In this document: piece by piece, positions 28,911 through 39,538 of the stretch
How positions within the stretch are numbered: the stretch's first letter is position 1
Layout: each line of letters begins with the position of its first letter
Assembly: GCA_019058365.1 (NCBI GenBank)
Contig: JAHPZE010000019.1
Location: 14,744-78,743, forward strand
Direction of reading: 5' to 3'
DNA from: Promethearchaeota archaeon
GTDB taxonomy: Archaea; Asgardarchaeota; Lokiarchaeia; Sigyniarchaeales; SOKP01
DNA: 64,000 nucleotides
Translations under genes and position numbers: made by a program
Notes under the pieces: model-generated
The model's database searches: none
What the model was told of the DNA's origin: nothing
Seen by the model: the letters and a program-made list of their open reading frames with translations, nothing else

Positions 28911-30035
28911 ATGAGCCGACAACGTAAAGCAAGAAAGCGAAGTAAAACAATTTTCGTGTTTATTTTTATTTGTGGATTTCTTTTAGGTTTTTCTACAACG
29001 AATTTTGTAATTACAAGTAGGGAGCAAAAAACACATATTACGATTATTTATAGTTCTGAAAAGGCAAGTTGGATGACAGTTGCTTATTCAGATTTTATGG
29101 ATGAGTGGCAAATTTCCCATCCGGATGACCCAATAACGATTGACATGCAACCCTATGGCTCTTCAAACTCAATAATTAGTATTCTCAATGGTGAGATTTA
29201 TCCTACTATCTGGAGTCCTGCAAGCTCAATTTGGATGCCATTATTAAACTCTAAATGGGCAGATCTGTCTCATAGTTCCATTCCTATAGTAAATATTAGC
29301 GCTGCAGTTAAAATTATATATTCACCGATAGTAATTGCTACGTGGGAATCTTTTAATCAAACTCACAATATAAAGGGATTCAAAGATGTGCATAATCTGA
29401 CTTTAGATCCAACTGTAAACATTAGAATGGCTCATACTGATCCCCGTTTATCAAATTCAGGTTTTATGACTGTGATAATGGCATTATCTGCTGCTTCTGG
29501 TACTTCTTCAGAGAATTTAACAATGTCTGATCTTACAAATCCCAACAATCAACAATGGTTAAGAGAATTTGAGTCTAGTGCTGTAGTGTATGGAACATCT
29601 ACAGGTTTCTTAGCACGTTATATGAAAGATCAGGGCCCTACTGCTTTGAATATAGCTTTCTTATATGAAAATTTAATAAGAGATATTTCAAGCACAGCTA
29701 CAGGAGGAAAAATCATTGCTATTTATCCAGAGGAAGGTACCTTATATAGTGACCATCCATTTTGTATATTAAATGCTGATTGGATTAGTCCTCAGCAAAG
29801 AATAGTAGCTGAAGCATTCCTTAATTTTCTAAATGAAAATCGAACCGTTATTTCTGCCTTGGAGTATGGATTTAGACCCATTGATCCTTCAATTCCATTA
29901 GATCCTGAAGTATTTAACTATGAGACTAATGGAATTGCCTATGAGCTTAATGTTCCTGAAATGAATACACCATTAGATGGAGATGTATTATTAAAAATCC
30001 CCGATTTATGGTTATTGTGTAAAGCAACAGCATAA
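28911..30035 (+). CDS. ABC transporter substrate-binding protein (type II PBP, family often fused to vWA domains)
   Basis: Basic N-terminus plus TM anchor; IYSSEK..WM, WSPASSIW, HTDP..SNSG, YEN, YPEEGT..SDHPF and GFRP motifs. Confidence 0.85.
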   Translation: MSRQRKARKRSKTIFVFIFICGFLLGFSTTNFVITSREQKTHITIIYSSEKASWMTVAYSDFMDEWQISHPDDPITIDMQPYGSSNSIISILNGEIYPTIWSPASSIWMPLLNSKWADLSHSSIPIVNISAAVKIIYSPIVIATWESFNQTHNIKGFKDVHNLTLDPTVNIRMAHTDPRLSNSGFMTVIMALSAASGTSSENLTMSDLTNPNNQQWLREFESSAVVYGTSTGFLARYMKDQGPTALNIAFLYENLIRDISSTATGGKIIAIYPEEGTLYSDHPFCILNADWISPQQRIVAEAFLNFLNENRTVISALEYGFRPIDPSIPLDPEVFNYETNGIAYELNVPEMNTPLDGDVLLKIPDLWLLCKATA

Positions 30036-30053
30036 GAGAAAATAATAATTAAA

Positions 30054-31730
30054 ATGTTAAAAAAAAATAATAAAGAAAATCAAAGTTTTAAAGAAGAGTA
30101 TCTGGAAGAGGAATTGAAATTACCTCTTAGTCTAAAAATAGACAGATTCTTTTCTAAATCAATATATAGAAAAAGCTTAGATACTATTGTAATTATATTC
30201 TTTATTTTGGTTATTATAGGTCCAATAATTAACATCTTTGCTACAATTCTTTTAAATATTCCTGCAATAAATAAAGATGTTTTTAATGATGAATTATTAG
30301 GTAATTTACAGTGGCTTAACATACTGAGAGCTTTGGGATATTCCTTCTCAATTGCATCTATAGCTGTTGGGTTTGATATTATTATTGCCTTCCCTATTTC
30401 CATAATTTTAACTCGTTATAATTTTAGAGGGAAAAAAATTCTTGATGCTATGGTAGATTTGCCAATGGCAGTTCCTACAAGTGCATTAGGGTTTTCCATA
30501 ATGTTGTTTTGGGGAATATTTGGAATCGAACCTGGATTTACACTGATTTTACTTGGACATATTGTCTTTACCTTTCCATATATTGTACGGAACATGAAGA
30601 TAGTATTAGAAAAAACTGCTACACTTTATGAAGATGCAGCCCGAACCCTTGGTGCTCCAGGGATTACAGTATTTCGAACTATCACAGTTCCGTTGATGAA
30701 GGAAGGATTAATAGCCGGTGCTGTTCTTGCATTTACAAGAAGTTTAGGTGAAACTGGTGCTACAATTATTCTTTCAGGTTTAGTAGAAACTGCGCCAATT
30801 CTTATTGTTGGTTTTAGAAGGCAATTAGAGCTACCATCTGCTTCATTATTAGCAGGAATATTAATAACTGTATCTATTTTGCTATTATTTTCAATAAAAT
30901 TCTTAACGCGTAAAGTAGGAATCCCTGTTAAATCTGTATGGCCAAAAATTGAAAGATTTTTAAGTAAAAAGAATTTAAGATATTTAAGGGATGTTTTAAC
31001 TTTAACAATTCTTTTCGTTGTGATTCTTATCCCTGCTTTTTATATTTTGGTAGAAATTGTTGGAGAGAATATCATAGGGGAAGTATTTTTAGGCCAAGAC
31101 TATAAATGGGTATTTATATATACAAGTTTTATTTATTCAATAGAAATTGGAGCTTTAGCTGTATTTATAAATCTCATTTTTGGAATACCTTTTGCCTTTA
31201 TAATTACAAACCGAAATTGGGGGAAGTTTATTACATTTTTAGATACTATTTTAGACATCCCCATTGCAATTCCTTCAGCAGCTTTAGGATTTGCAACATT
31301 CATGTTTTGGGGGCCAGTTGGTTTAGGATTATTTCAATCTGGGTTTTTTATGATCCTGTTTGTACATGTTGCTTTTACATTTCCATATATGGTTCGACCT
31401 ATTATCGGAGTTTTGGAATCTTCAAATAAAGGTGTCGAGGAAGCTGCTCGTACTTTAGGTGCTTCAAATATGACTGTATTTAGAAAAATTACTCTTCCTA
31501 ATATAAAACAAGGAATGATTGCGGGAGGTATCATGACATTCACACGTTCACTTGGAGAAACAGGTGCAACTATTGTTGTAATGGGAGGTATACGGACTGT
31601 TCCAGTACTAATTGTGGATTTCGTTGAGGCAAATGCTTATGCATCAGGAATCTTTGCTAGTGTTATTGTTATAATTTTTAGTACATTCCTAATTTTTGCT
31701 TTAAGAGCGGTAAGCAAAAAGGGAGGATAA
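30054..31730 (+). CDS. ABC importer permease, two fused CysT/ModB/FbpB-like domains
   Basis: Duplicated DLPMAVPTSALG/DIPIAIPSAALG, two EAA motifs (EDAARTLGA, EEAARTLGA) and two FTRSLGETGAT. Confidence 0.93.
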   Translation: MLKKNNKENQSFKEEYLEEELKLPLSLKIDRFFSKSIYRKSLDTIVIIFFILVIIGPIINIFATILLNIPAINKDVFNDELLGNLQWLNILRALGYSFSIASIAVGFDIIIAFPISIILTRYNFRGKKILDAMVDLPMAVPTSALGFSIMLFWGIFGIEPGFTLILLGHIVFTFPYIVRNMKIVLEKTATLYEDAARTLGAPGITVFRTITVPLMKEGLIAGAVLAFTRSLGETGATIILSGLVETAPILIVGFRRQLELPSASLLAGILITVSILLLFSIKFLTRKVGIPVKSVWPKIERFLSKKNLRYLRDVLTLTILFVVILIPAFYILVEIVGENIIGEVFLGQDYKWVFIYTSFIYSIEIGALAVFINLIFGIPFAFIITNRNWGKFITFLDTILDIPIAIPSAALGFATFMFWGPVGLGLFQSGFFMILFVHVAFTFPYMVRPIIGVLESSNKGVEEAARTLGASNMTVFRKITLPNIKQGMIAGGIMTFTRSLGETGATIVVMGGIRTVPVLIVDFVEANAYASGIFASVIVIIFSTFLIFALRAVSKKGG

Positions 31731-31734
31731 TCTC

Positions 31735-32880
31735 GTGCCCACTATAGAATTAGTGAAAGTTACAAAAACATTTAATGAAGGAAAAGTTCTTGCTGTGGAT
31801 AATATTTCTGTAAGAATTGAGCACGGGGAATATGTTTTTTTAATAGGGCCTACTGGTTGTGGAAAAACTACAACACTTAGAATGATTGCGGGACTTGAAG
31901 AACCAACTAAAGGAAAAGTTTTAATAGATGAAAAAGACGTTAAAGGCATCCCTCCTGAAGATAGAGATATGGGTTTTATTTTTCAGCATTTCGAAATTTT
32001 TGATCATTTAACAATATGGGAAAATGTAACTTTCGGTTTAGAAATGCGAGGCTATGATGATGATTATATCATTAAAGAAGCTGAGAAAGCTCTCAAGACT
32101 GTTGATTTATTACAGTATGCTGATGAGTATCCATCAATTTTTGGAAATCCCGGGCTGCAAAAATTAGGTATAGCTAGAGCTATTGCAACTGGAGCTAAAA
32201 TTTTAATTATGGATGAGCCATTAGGATCTCTAGATCCTAAAGTATCTAAAGTTTTCCGTCATGAATTGAGAAATTTAGTAAAAGATTTGGGTCTTACCGC
32301 TATACATGTCACTCACAATCAAGAAGAATCAATGGCTATAGCCGATAAAATAATTATTATGAGAGGAGGAAAACTTCTTCAAATGGGATCTCCTTATGAA
32401 TTATATGAAAATCCTGATAGTATTTTTGTTGCAAATTTTTTAGGAGAAACAAATTTTCTTCAAGGTTTTGTACTAAAGTTGCTTGAAGATAAAGAAATGG
32501 AAATACGTATTCGTTTAGGTGGTCCTAAATTAAATACTAATAATTTTAATAATAAATTTAATTTAGATGATAATGTAGTAATCGCTTTTCGCTTCGAAAA
32601 TGTATATTTATTTCCAGAAGGTTATGATTTTAAAACTAGTCAATATGATTGGTCAAATATGCAATTCTTTAAAGCAATTTTAGAAAATTCAAGATTTATT
32701 GGAGCAACAAAAAGATTTTACTTATATTTAGATAATGGTGATAAATTTATATCAGTAAAGCCAGGTAATTTTGAGGAAAGCTTTATACCCGGACAAAGAT
32801 TAATAATTGGAATTCACAAAGATGATATCCATGTATTTAAAGCCCCAGAAAACATTCTATATGAACTCTCTTTATCATAG
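31735..32880 (+). CDS. ABC ATPase 1 (degenerate signature motif)
   Basis: Walker A GPTGCGKT, Q-loop Q, Walker B ILIMDE and H-loop VTH intact; LSGGQ replaced by FGNPG; C-terminal TOBE-like region. Confidence 0.93.
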   Translation: MPTIELVKVTKTFNEGKVLAVDNISVRIEHGEYVFLIGPTGCGKTTTLRMIAGLEEPTKGKVLIDEKDVKGIPPEDRDMGFIFQHFEIFDHLTIWENVTFGLEMRGYDDDYIIKEAEKALKTVDLLQYADEYPSIFGNPGLQKLGIARAIATGAKILIMDEPLGSLDPKVSKVFRHELRNLVKDLGLTAIHVTHNQEESMAIADKIIIMRGGKLLQMGSPYELYENPDSIFVANFLGETNFLQGFVLKLLEDKEMEIRIRLGGPKLNTNNFNNKFNLDDNVVIAFRFENVYLFPEGYDFKTSQYDWSNMQFFKAILENSRFIGATKRFYLYLDNGDKFISVKPGNFEESFIPGQRLIIGIHKDDIHVFKAPENILYELSLS

Positions 32881-32891
32881 GTGAAAAACTA

Positions 32892-34115
32892 GTGGTACAT
32901 ATTGAATTGAAAAATGTCTCAAAAAAATTTAGAAATTTCACAGCATTAGATAATATTTCAGTAGAGATTAAAGATAGGGAATACTTTATTATTTTAGGTC
33001 CTACTGGAGCCGGTAAAACTACTTTCCTTAAACTTATCGCGGGACTTCTTAAACCTGATTCTGGAATGATATTTTTTGATGGTAAGGACGTAACCAAAAA
33101 ATCTGCTGGTGAAAGAAACATTGGTTTTATGTTTGAAAACTATGCTTTATTTCCTCATATGAATATTGTCGAAAATATTTCTTACAGTGGTCGGGTTCAT
33201 GCAAGAGATCCTCAAGCCACTCAAACTCTAGTTGATCAAGTCTTAATGATGACTCTATTAACAGGGAGAAATGATGCATATCCAAATGAGTTAAGTGGTG
33301 GAATGAGACAAAGAGTTGCCTTATGTCGATCCTTGCTAAATCTAGAGCAGACAAAATTATTGATTTTAGATGAACCTTTAAAAGCGCTTGATGCTGGACT
33401 TAGAATGAGTTTAAGTAGAGAATTACTCCTAATGGCAAAATCTAAAGAATTAGGCTTGACAGTTGTTCATGTTACCAATGATGAAGAAGAAGCAATGATG
33501 GCTGCTGATAGAATAGCAGTAATTAATCAAGGTAAACTTGTTCAGATTGGGACACCCCATGAAATTTATTATCAACCTAAAGATCTTTTTGTTGCAAACT
33601 TTTTAAGCGAAATCAACTATTTTGAAGGAATTTGTACTAAAAAAGAAATACCAGCATGGGATATTTACAGTAAATCAAAACAAGGAGATAAATTCTTCAA
33701 GAAGATTCAAGAAGATTCGGTTCCAATGCCAATAAATATTGGCTTTAAAAATGTTTTTGCTGGTTATTTAAATGAATCACAATATAATGAAATTCAGCAT
33801 GGAGATAAAGTATTATTAATTGTTCGAGCCAACCACATGAAAATTCGGCTTGGTAATCGTGTTAATGAAAAGAAAAATGCAATCTTAGGAATTATACTCC
33901 GTCGTAAATTTATGGGAGTATTCTACCGATTCGAAATCCTTGTAAAAATAAACCATAAAGATAAAGTTATTGTCGTCACCAGATCAGCCACTTATGAAAT
34001 TCATAAATCATTTTTAGAGAATTCTGAAGTAACATTATATTTTCCAAAAGAGTTAGGGATAATAATCAAGCATCCTGGTGATAATGTAATAAAAGAAGTA
34101 TTAAAATTAGAATAA
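32892..34115 (+). CDS. ABC ATPase 2 (degenerate Q- and H-loops)
   Basis: Walker A GPTGAGKT, signature LSGGM and Walker B LILDE intact; Q-loop FMFE and H-loop VTN altered. Confidence 0.93.
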   Translation: MVHIELKNVSKKFRNFTALDNISVEIKDREYFIILGPTGAGKTTFLKLIAGLLKPDSGMIFFDGKDVTKKSAGERNIGFMFENYALFPHMNIVENISYSGRVHARDPQATQTLVDQVLMMTLLTGRNDAYPNELSGGMRQRVALCRSLLNLEQTKLLILDEPLKALDAGLRMSLSRELLLMAKSKELGLTVVHVTNDEEEAMMAADRIAVINQGKLVQIGTPHEIYYQPKDLFVANFLSEINYFEGICTKKEIPAWDIYSKSKQGDKFFKKIQEDSVPMPINIGFKNVFAGYLNESQYNEIQHGDKVLLIVRANHMKIRLGNRVNEKKNAILGIILRRKFMGVFYRFEILVKINHKDKVIVVTRSATYEIHKSFLENSEVTLYFPKELGIIIKHPGDNVIKEVLKLE

Positions 34116-34169
34116 AAATAATAAATAATATTGAAATAAAGAAGAATATAAAAATAAAAGGGATATTTT

Positions 34170-34856
34170 ATGAGTTCTTTAATGGAATGGTTTAAATCTC
34201 GGAATGAAGAAAATGCAATGAATTTAGCTTTAGTTCATACTCAGAAAGTTCTTGAATGTATTGTTGAATTTGATAAAGGTCTATCTTTTCTTCTTGAGGA
34301 AAAAAATATTGATCTTGCGTTAAAAGTTTTTTTCCGAGTTGATGAATTAGAACACCAAGCTGATGGAATCCGCAGAAATATTTTAAATATGATATCTCAA
34401 GCTGAACTTCCATCTAAAATCCGTGAGAATTTAATGCATCTTGTTAAAAGAATTGATGACATTGCGAATGCAGCCAATGCGAGTGCTAGGATTCTCATCT
34501 CCATGAATCATATGGATTTTATGAGCTTGGGGGATGATGTTCATAAAAATATCTTGGAGATTTCAAGAATTTCAGTAGAAGCTGTTAAAAAAGTAAATAA
34601 AATGGTAGACCTATTATTAAAAGCAGAGGAAGTAAATATCCAGAGGTTAGGAGAAGAAGTGAATAAGTTAGAACATCAATGTGATGAAAAGCATTACGCA
34701 ATAAGTAGAAGTTTAGTATCAAGCAATCTACAAATTAATCCATTTAGCGCAATTGTAATTTACAATTGTATCTCTGCCATGGAAGCAATTAGTGATAATG
34801 CAGAGGATGTAGCTGATTATATAATAATGCTTACATTAGCAAAAAGACTAAAATAA
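34170..34856 (+). CDS. DUF47/PhoU-like phosphate transport regulator
   Basis: LEHQADGIRR, IDDIAN, LEHQCDE and EAISDNAEDVAD duplicated ExxxD motifs. Confidence 0.9.
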   Translation: MSSLMEWFKSRNEENAMNLALVHTQKVLECIVEFDKGLSFLLEEKNIDLALKVFFRVDELEHQADGIRRNILNMISQAELPSKIRENLMHLVKRIDDIANAANASARILISMNHMDFMSLGDDVHKNILEISRISVEAVKKVNKMVDLLLKAEEVNIQRLGEEVNKLEHQCDEKHYAISRSLVSSNLQINPFSAIVIYNCISAMEAISDNAEDVADYIIMLTLAKRLK

Positions 34857-34901
34857 ACATTTTATTTCTAGAAATATCCTTTTAAGGCGTATATCAACCT
34901 T

Positions 34902-35519
34902 TTAAAGATTTAGTACTTTTTTTTGCTTTTCAGTATTTTGTTTTAAAAGAATTATTGATTTTTCTCTCGCTTTTAACATTGATCTTTCCTTAACTCCTTT
35001 CATTTCATTAGAGGGTAGAATTTCTTCCTTTAACACTCTTTTAAAAAGTAAATATTCATCTTTTCTAGAGATAAATGGATCAACCCTCTCATCATGAATA
35101 AATTCCTCAATTGAAGTATTTTTTCCATTACAATTCCCTTCAGTAAGATCGAAACGATAATCTTTATACACTAAAAAACAATGTGCCATTGGTACATAGG
35201 GAAGTTTATACTTATTTAATATTTCATTTGTGCCTGTTGAGATTACCTCAGTGAGTTTATAAACACCGACATGCTTAAAAAGAGGTATTTCTAATTCTTC
35301 AGCAAGACCTGCTATAACTGCATGTTTAGATGTGCAAGTGCCTTTTTTTTCTTTAAAAAAAATTAATTTGTCATCATAATTTGTATTGTATCCATATTCA
35401 ATACCATGCACGTAATTACAAGCATCCTTGAAATTTTTAATTCTAAGTTCCAAGAATTTTTTTGATATTTCTCCTACAGGTTTAATTTCAGCATCCGGCA
35501 AGTTGTTATATGAATCCAT
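34902..35519 (-). CDS. Hypothetical protein, transglutaminase-like Cys-His-Asp fold
   Basis: GTCTSKH...AHCFL...FDLT putative triad. Confidence 0.65.
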   Translation of the reverse strand: MDSYNNLPDAEIKPVGEISKKFLELRIKNFKDACNYVHGIEYGYNTNYDDKLIFFKEKKGTCTSKHAVIAGLAEELEIPLFKHVGVYKLTEVISTGTNEILNKYKLPYVPMAHCFLVYKDYRFDLTEGNCNGKNTSIEEFIHDERVDPFISRKDEYLLFKRVLKEEILPSNEMKGVKERSMLKAREKSIILLKQNTEKQKKVLNL

Positions 35520-35668
35520 AAAAATCTTCTTAGATTATTTAAATAGGTTTTAATTCTGTCACTTAATTATTGTTTATAAAATTATTTTCTAATAATTATA
35601 AGAAAAATTTTGTCATTTTTTCAATTCTCAGGAATAAAGATTTATTTTAATAACTAAGAAATCTCGGC

Positions 35669-36322
35669 TTAGGTAATCTCTTTATGCTCACCGGTTACCA
35701 TATAATGAACTTTCTCAGCGATTTTACATGCATTATCCCCACATCTTTCCAAATATCTTGAAATCATAATGAAGAAAGCACATGGTGTAATTGTTTTAGC
35801 ATCCTCCATCATATAAGTTATACATTCTCTAAATATCGACCATCTCATTTCATCAATCTCATCGTCTCTTTGTTCAAAATTTGCATAATATTTACTATCC
35901 GATTCTTCAAAAGCTTTCAAAGCATCGACAATCATAGATTTTGTATGTTCCCACATATGCTGTATATTAACAAATGGTGCAGGATAAGGTTTCTTTCTTG
36001 ATAACTCTTCTACCACTGAAGCAATATCTTTTCCATATCTCCCTATTCTAGCAAGATAAGTAATCATTTTTAAAATTGTAGCTAATCTTCTTAGATCTAT
36101 TGCCATTGGTTGGTATAATGCAATTAATCTCAAAGCTTTTGCTTCTATATCTGCATCCAATTCTCTTATCTTATGTTTCTTGTTCACTGTAACTTTAGCT
36201 AATTCGATATCCTGAGTTGCTAAAGCTTTCATTGCATCGTCTAACATTCCTAAGACTAAATTACCCATATCGCCAATTTCTTTCTTTAATGCAAAAATTT
36301 CTTTACGCATTTCTTTTGCCAT
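35669..36322 (-). CDS. phoU: Phosphate signalling protein PhoU
   Basis: QPMAIDLR, L.RIG, DDEID and YLERCGD; directly downstream of pstB. Confidence 0.95.
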   Translation of the reverse strand: MAKEMRKEIFALKKEIGDMGNLVLGMLDDAMKALATQDIELAKVTVNKKHKIRELDADIEAKALRLIALYQPMAIDLRRLATILKMITYLARIGRYGKDIASVVEELSRKKPYPAPFVNIQHMWEHTKSMIVDALKAFEESDSKYYANFEQRDDEIDEMRWSIFRECITYMMEDAKTITPCAFFIMISRYLERCGDNACKIAEKVHYMVTGEHKEIT

Positions 36323-36333
36323 TAAAAATCCAC

Positions 36334-37167
36334 CTAACCAAATCTTCCTGTTATATAATTTTCTGTTAATTCTTGCTTAGGATTTTCAAAAATTTGGGTA
36401 GTTTCACCAAATTCGATCATTTTTCCTAAATACATAAGACCCGTATAATCACTTATTCTTGCTGCTTGTTGCATATTATGGGTAACAATTATCACTGTCC
36501 ATTCTCTCTTCAATTCAAGTATTAATTCTTCAATTTTTTGTGTTGCTATTGGATCAAGAGACGCTGTTGGTTCATCCATTAAAAGTATTTCAGGTTTAAC
36601 TGCTAAAGCTCTCGCTATACATAGTCTTTGTTGTTGCCCTCCGGATAATCCCAACGCAGATTCATCTAGTCTCTCATAGACCTCATCCCATAATACTGCT
36701 CTCTTAAGACATCTCTCTGTAATTTCATCTAAGATTTTATCTCCAATAATTTTATGAATTTTTGGACCATATGTAATATTGTCATATATAGTCATCGGAA
36801 AAGGATTAGGTTTCTGAAAGATCATTCCAATCTTTTTTCTATTCAATCTTACATCAGCACCTTTAGCATAGAGGTTCTTGCCTTGAAATAGAACTTCACC
36901 TTCAATTCTACATCCATCTATTACATCATTCATTCGATTTAAACATCGTAATAATGTACTTTTACCACATCCAGATGGTCCAATAATAGCAGTTACTTCG
37001 TTTTTTTTAAATTTCATATTGATATCTATCAATGCCTGTGTCTCATCATACCAAAGATTCAAATTTTTACATTCAATTATTATTTCATTTTGATTTTTAC
37101 TTACATCATTCATGCTATTCTCTTTTTCGATTTTTGTTTTATTTCTATTATTAATTTTTAAAACCAA
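36334..37167 (-). CDS. pstB: Phosphate ABC transporter ATPase
   Basis: [51 protein letters not shown] and YITGRFG. Confidence 0.98.
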   Translation of the reverse strand: MVLKINNRNKTKIEKENSMNDVSKNQNEIIIECKNLNLWYDETQALIDINMKFKKNEVTAIIGPSGCGKSTLLRCLNRMNDVIDGCRIEGEVLFQGKNLYAKGADVRLNRKKIGMIFQKPNPFPMTIYDNITYGPKIHKIIGDKILDEITERCLKRAVLWDEVYERLDESALGLSGGQQQRLCIARALAVKPEILLMDEPTASLDPIATQKIEELILELKREWTVIIVTHNMQQAARISDYTGLMYLGKMIEFGETTQIFENPKQELTENYITGRFG

Positions 37168-37173
37168 GGTATA

Positions 37174-39282
37174 TCACCATTGTTTTCTTTTTTCATATTT
37201 TGTTCTTACAATAAATGCTATGCCATAAAATATTAATACCAACAATAGTAAGGTTAGAGCTGTCCCAGCAGCTTCTTCTACTGAGAATAATGCTTCAGTT
37301 AATAATCTATAAAGATGATATGTAAGAGCCATTACAGGCTCAAAAACTGATAAAACAAGCCAGAACCTAGAAGAAGTTCTGACAGCAGTAAACATGATAG
37401 GAGCTGTTTCTCCTGCGCTTCGTCCCATTCCTAAAACTGCCCCCGTAACAATTCCAGGTAATGCTGCAGGGATTACAATTTTACTGATTCCTTGCCATTT
37501 ACTTGAACCTAAAGCCAGGCTACCTTCTCTAAACGCCTGAGGAATTGCTTTTACTGCTTCTTCAGTAGTTCTTATTATTGTAGGAAGTATCATTAAACCT
37601 AAAGTTAACATTCCAGCTAATAATGATTTCATAAGTCCAAATAGCACCAGAAAGAGCACAACTCCAAATAGGGCAAATACAATTGATGGTGTACCATTTA
37701 AATTATCAATTCCAGAACGTATAATTTTAGTGATTTTATTGTCTTTAGCATATTCAGAAAGATAAATCCCTGCACACATACCAAGAGGCAGGGCAAAGGC
37801 AATAGAGCCTAATGTGAGTTGAATAGTTCCAGTAATTGCAGGAAGTATTCCTCCTTCCATTGAAGTACCTGTAAGAAAATTGGGTCTAAATATGACAGGA
37901 AGTCCTTTTGATATAATATAATATAGTAATATTCCCACAGTAATCACTGCAACTGAAGAACATAGATAAATAATTATAAACCAAAATTTTTCTTGACCTA
38001 CAGAAGAAATTTTTCTGAAAGTGAGCATAACTACTATAATTGACGCACATACTAAGATAGCTAAGGATATTCCAATCCAAGTACTAAGCACCCATCCCAC
38101 AAACAACAAAATAACGCCATATACTATCCATTTTTTATATTTTTGAGGAACTTTTTTATGAAAATAAATAGCTAAGCTTAATCCTAAACAGATTATTACT
38201 CCAATCACTTTAGAAGCTAAATCAGGTAATATGAAAGCAATTAGTCCAGAAATAAGTATAGGTAATATTAAATTTTTATATTTTTTAATAAAGTTGAATA
38301 ATTTGGATTCTCTAAGTTTTGAGTGTTTTTCTTTTTGTTTTTCTCCTGTAAATCTTCTTCGAATTCGAGATAATATGACATTTGCGCCTGTATTAACAAC
38401 CAGAGTCATTATAAATAGCGTTATTCCTAAAGCAAAATAACTCCTCCATTCTATACTATTTGTTTCAGTTGGTCCCAATCCTAATCCTATCGTTGAAGTT
38501 ATTACTGCTACACAAGAGAACATATTTGTTATTGGTTCGGGAAGAATTTTACAATTTCCAATAACTAACATCATCGCCATAGTTTCACCTAATGCTCGAC
38601 CAATACCTAAAATCATAGCAGCAGTAATGCCAGACATGCCTGCGGGAATCACTACCTTACGTATAGTTTGCCATTTTGTTGCTCCCATAGCATAAGATGC
38701 ATCTCTATAGTAATCTGGAACAGCTCTAATTGAATCTTCACATACTGATACAATTGTAGGTAAAGCCATTATTGCTAAAATTAAAGAGCCCGATAACCAT
38801 GTGTTTCCATGATGTAAACCGAAAATATCTCTTATCCATATATTTAATACAACAAGTCCAAAGAAGCCATACACAATAGAGGGAATACCTGCAAGTATTT
38901 CTATACTAAATTTGAGAATCTTCCTAAGTTTTGATGGTGCAAGTTCAGCTATAAAAATAGCAGTCATTAATCCTAATGGTAGTGCAATGATTATTGCTCC
39001 GAATGTAACTAAAAGTGTATCAACAATAATTGGTAAAGCCCCGAAATCTCCATTTGTAGGCAACCAGTTTGTACCAAAAAGAAATTCAGTAAGAGTGACT
39101 TTAGCAAAGAAAGGAGCTCCAGTTATAAATAGAAATATTATTATTAAAAATACAAAAATAGTAGCAATAGAAGCAATGAAAAACAGAATCCATTTAATAA
39201 TAGGATCTCTATTTTTTTTTAAATAAGAGTAATCTTCATTATAGATATACAGCTTATTTTCAAAATCAATTTCTGTCGACAT
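37174..39282 (-). CDS. pstCA: Fused phosphate ABC permease PstC-PstA
   Basis: N-half LAGIPSIVYGFFG...GRALGETMA (PstC); C-half LNGTPSIVFALFG...GRSAGETAP (PstA); single uninterrupted ORF. Confidence 0.93.
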   Translation of the reverse strand: MSTEIDFENKLYIYNEDYSYLKKNRDPIIKWILFFIASIATIFVFLIIIFLFITGAPFFAKVTLTEFLFGTNWLPTNGDFGALPIIVDTLLVTFGAIIIALPLGLMTAIFIAELAPSKLRKILKFSIEILAGIPSIVYGFFGLVVLNIWIRDIFGLHHGNTWLSGSLILAIMALPTIVSVCEDSIRAVPDYYRDASYAMGATKWQTIRKVVIPAGMSGITAAMILGIGRALGETMAMMLVIGNCKILPEPITNMFSCVAVITSTIGLGLGPTETNSIEWRSYFALGITLFIMTLVVNTGANVILSRIRRRFTGEKQKEKHSKLRESKLFNFIKKYKNLILPILISGLIAFILPDLASKVIGVIICLGLSLAIYFHKKVPQKYKKWIVYGVILLFVGWVLSTWIGISLAILVCASIIVVMLTFRKISSVGQEKFWFIIIYLCSSVAVITVGILLYYIISKGLPVIFRPNFLTGTSMEGGILPAITGTIQLTLGSIAFALPLGMCAGIYLSEYAKDNKITKIIRSGIDNLNGTPSIVFALFGVVLFLVLFGLMKSLLAGMLTLGLMILPTIIRTTEEAVKAIPQAFREGSLALGSSKWQGISKIVIPAALPGIVTGAVLGMGRSAGETAPIMFTAVRTSSRFWLVLSVFEPVMALTYHLYRLLTEALFSVEEAAGTALTLLLLVLIFYGIAFIVRTKYEKRKQW

Positions 39283-39378
39283 AGATCTATGAAGGAATCA
39301 CATGTAAAACCCTATTTTTATACAAGAGAAAATTGGATTTTATATATTTATAACCATCATAGAATATATTCGAATATT

Positions 39379-39399
39379 TATTCTATATAAAATATATAG
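39379..39399. promoter_or_regulatory. Candidate phosphate-regulon operator upstream of pstCA
   Basis: TATTCTATATA 11-mer within the inverted repeat CTATATA-AAA-TATATAG. Confidence 0.5.
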
Positions 39400-39538
39400 C
39401 ATTTTGAGTGTTCTAAAAATAATTTTTAGATGTGTGTATTCCTAAAATCAATTAGAGTATTATTTAAAATTAAGAAATATTTCAAAAAAAATAGTAAAAA
39501 AAAGAAATAATTAAGAATTTTTTGTTTAAATTAAAATT

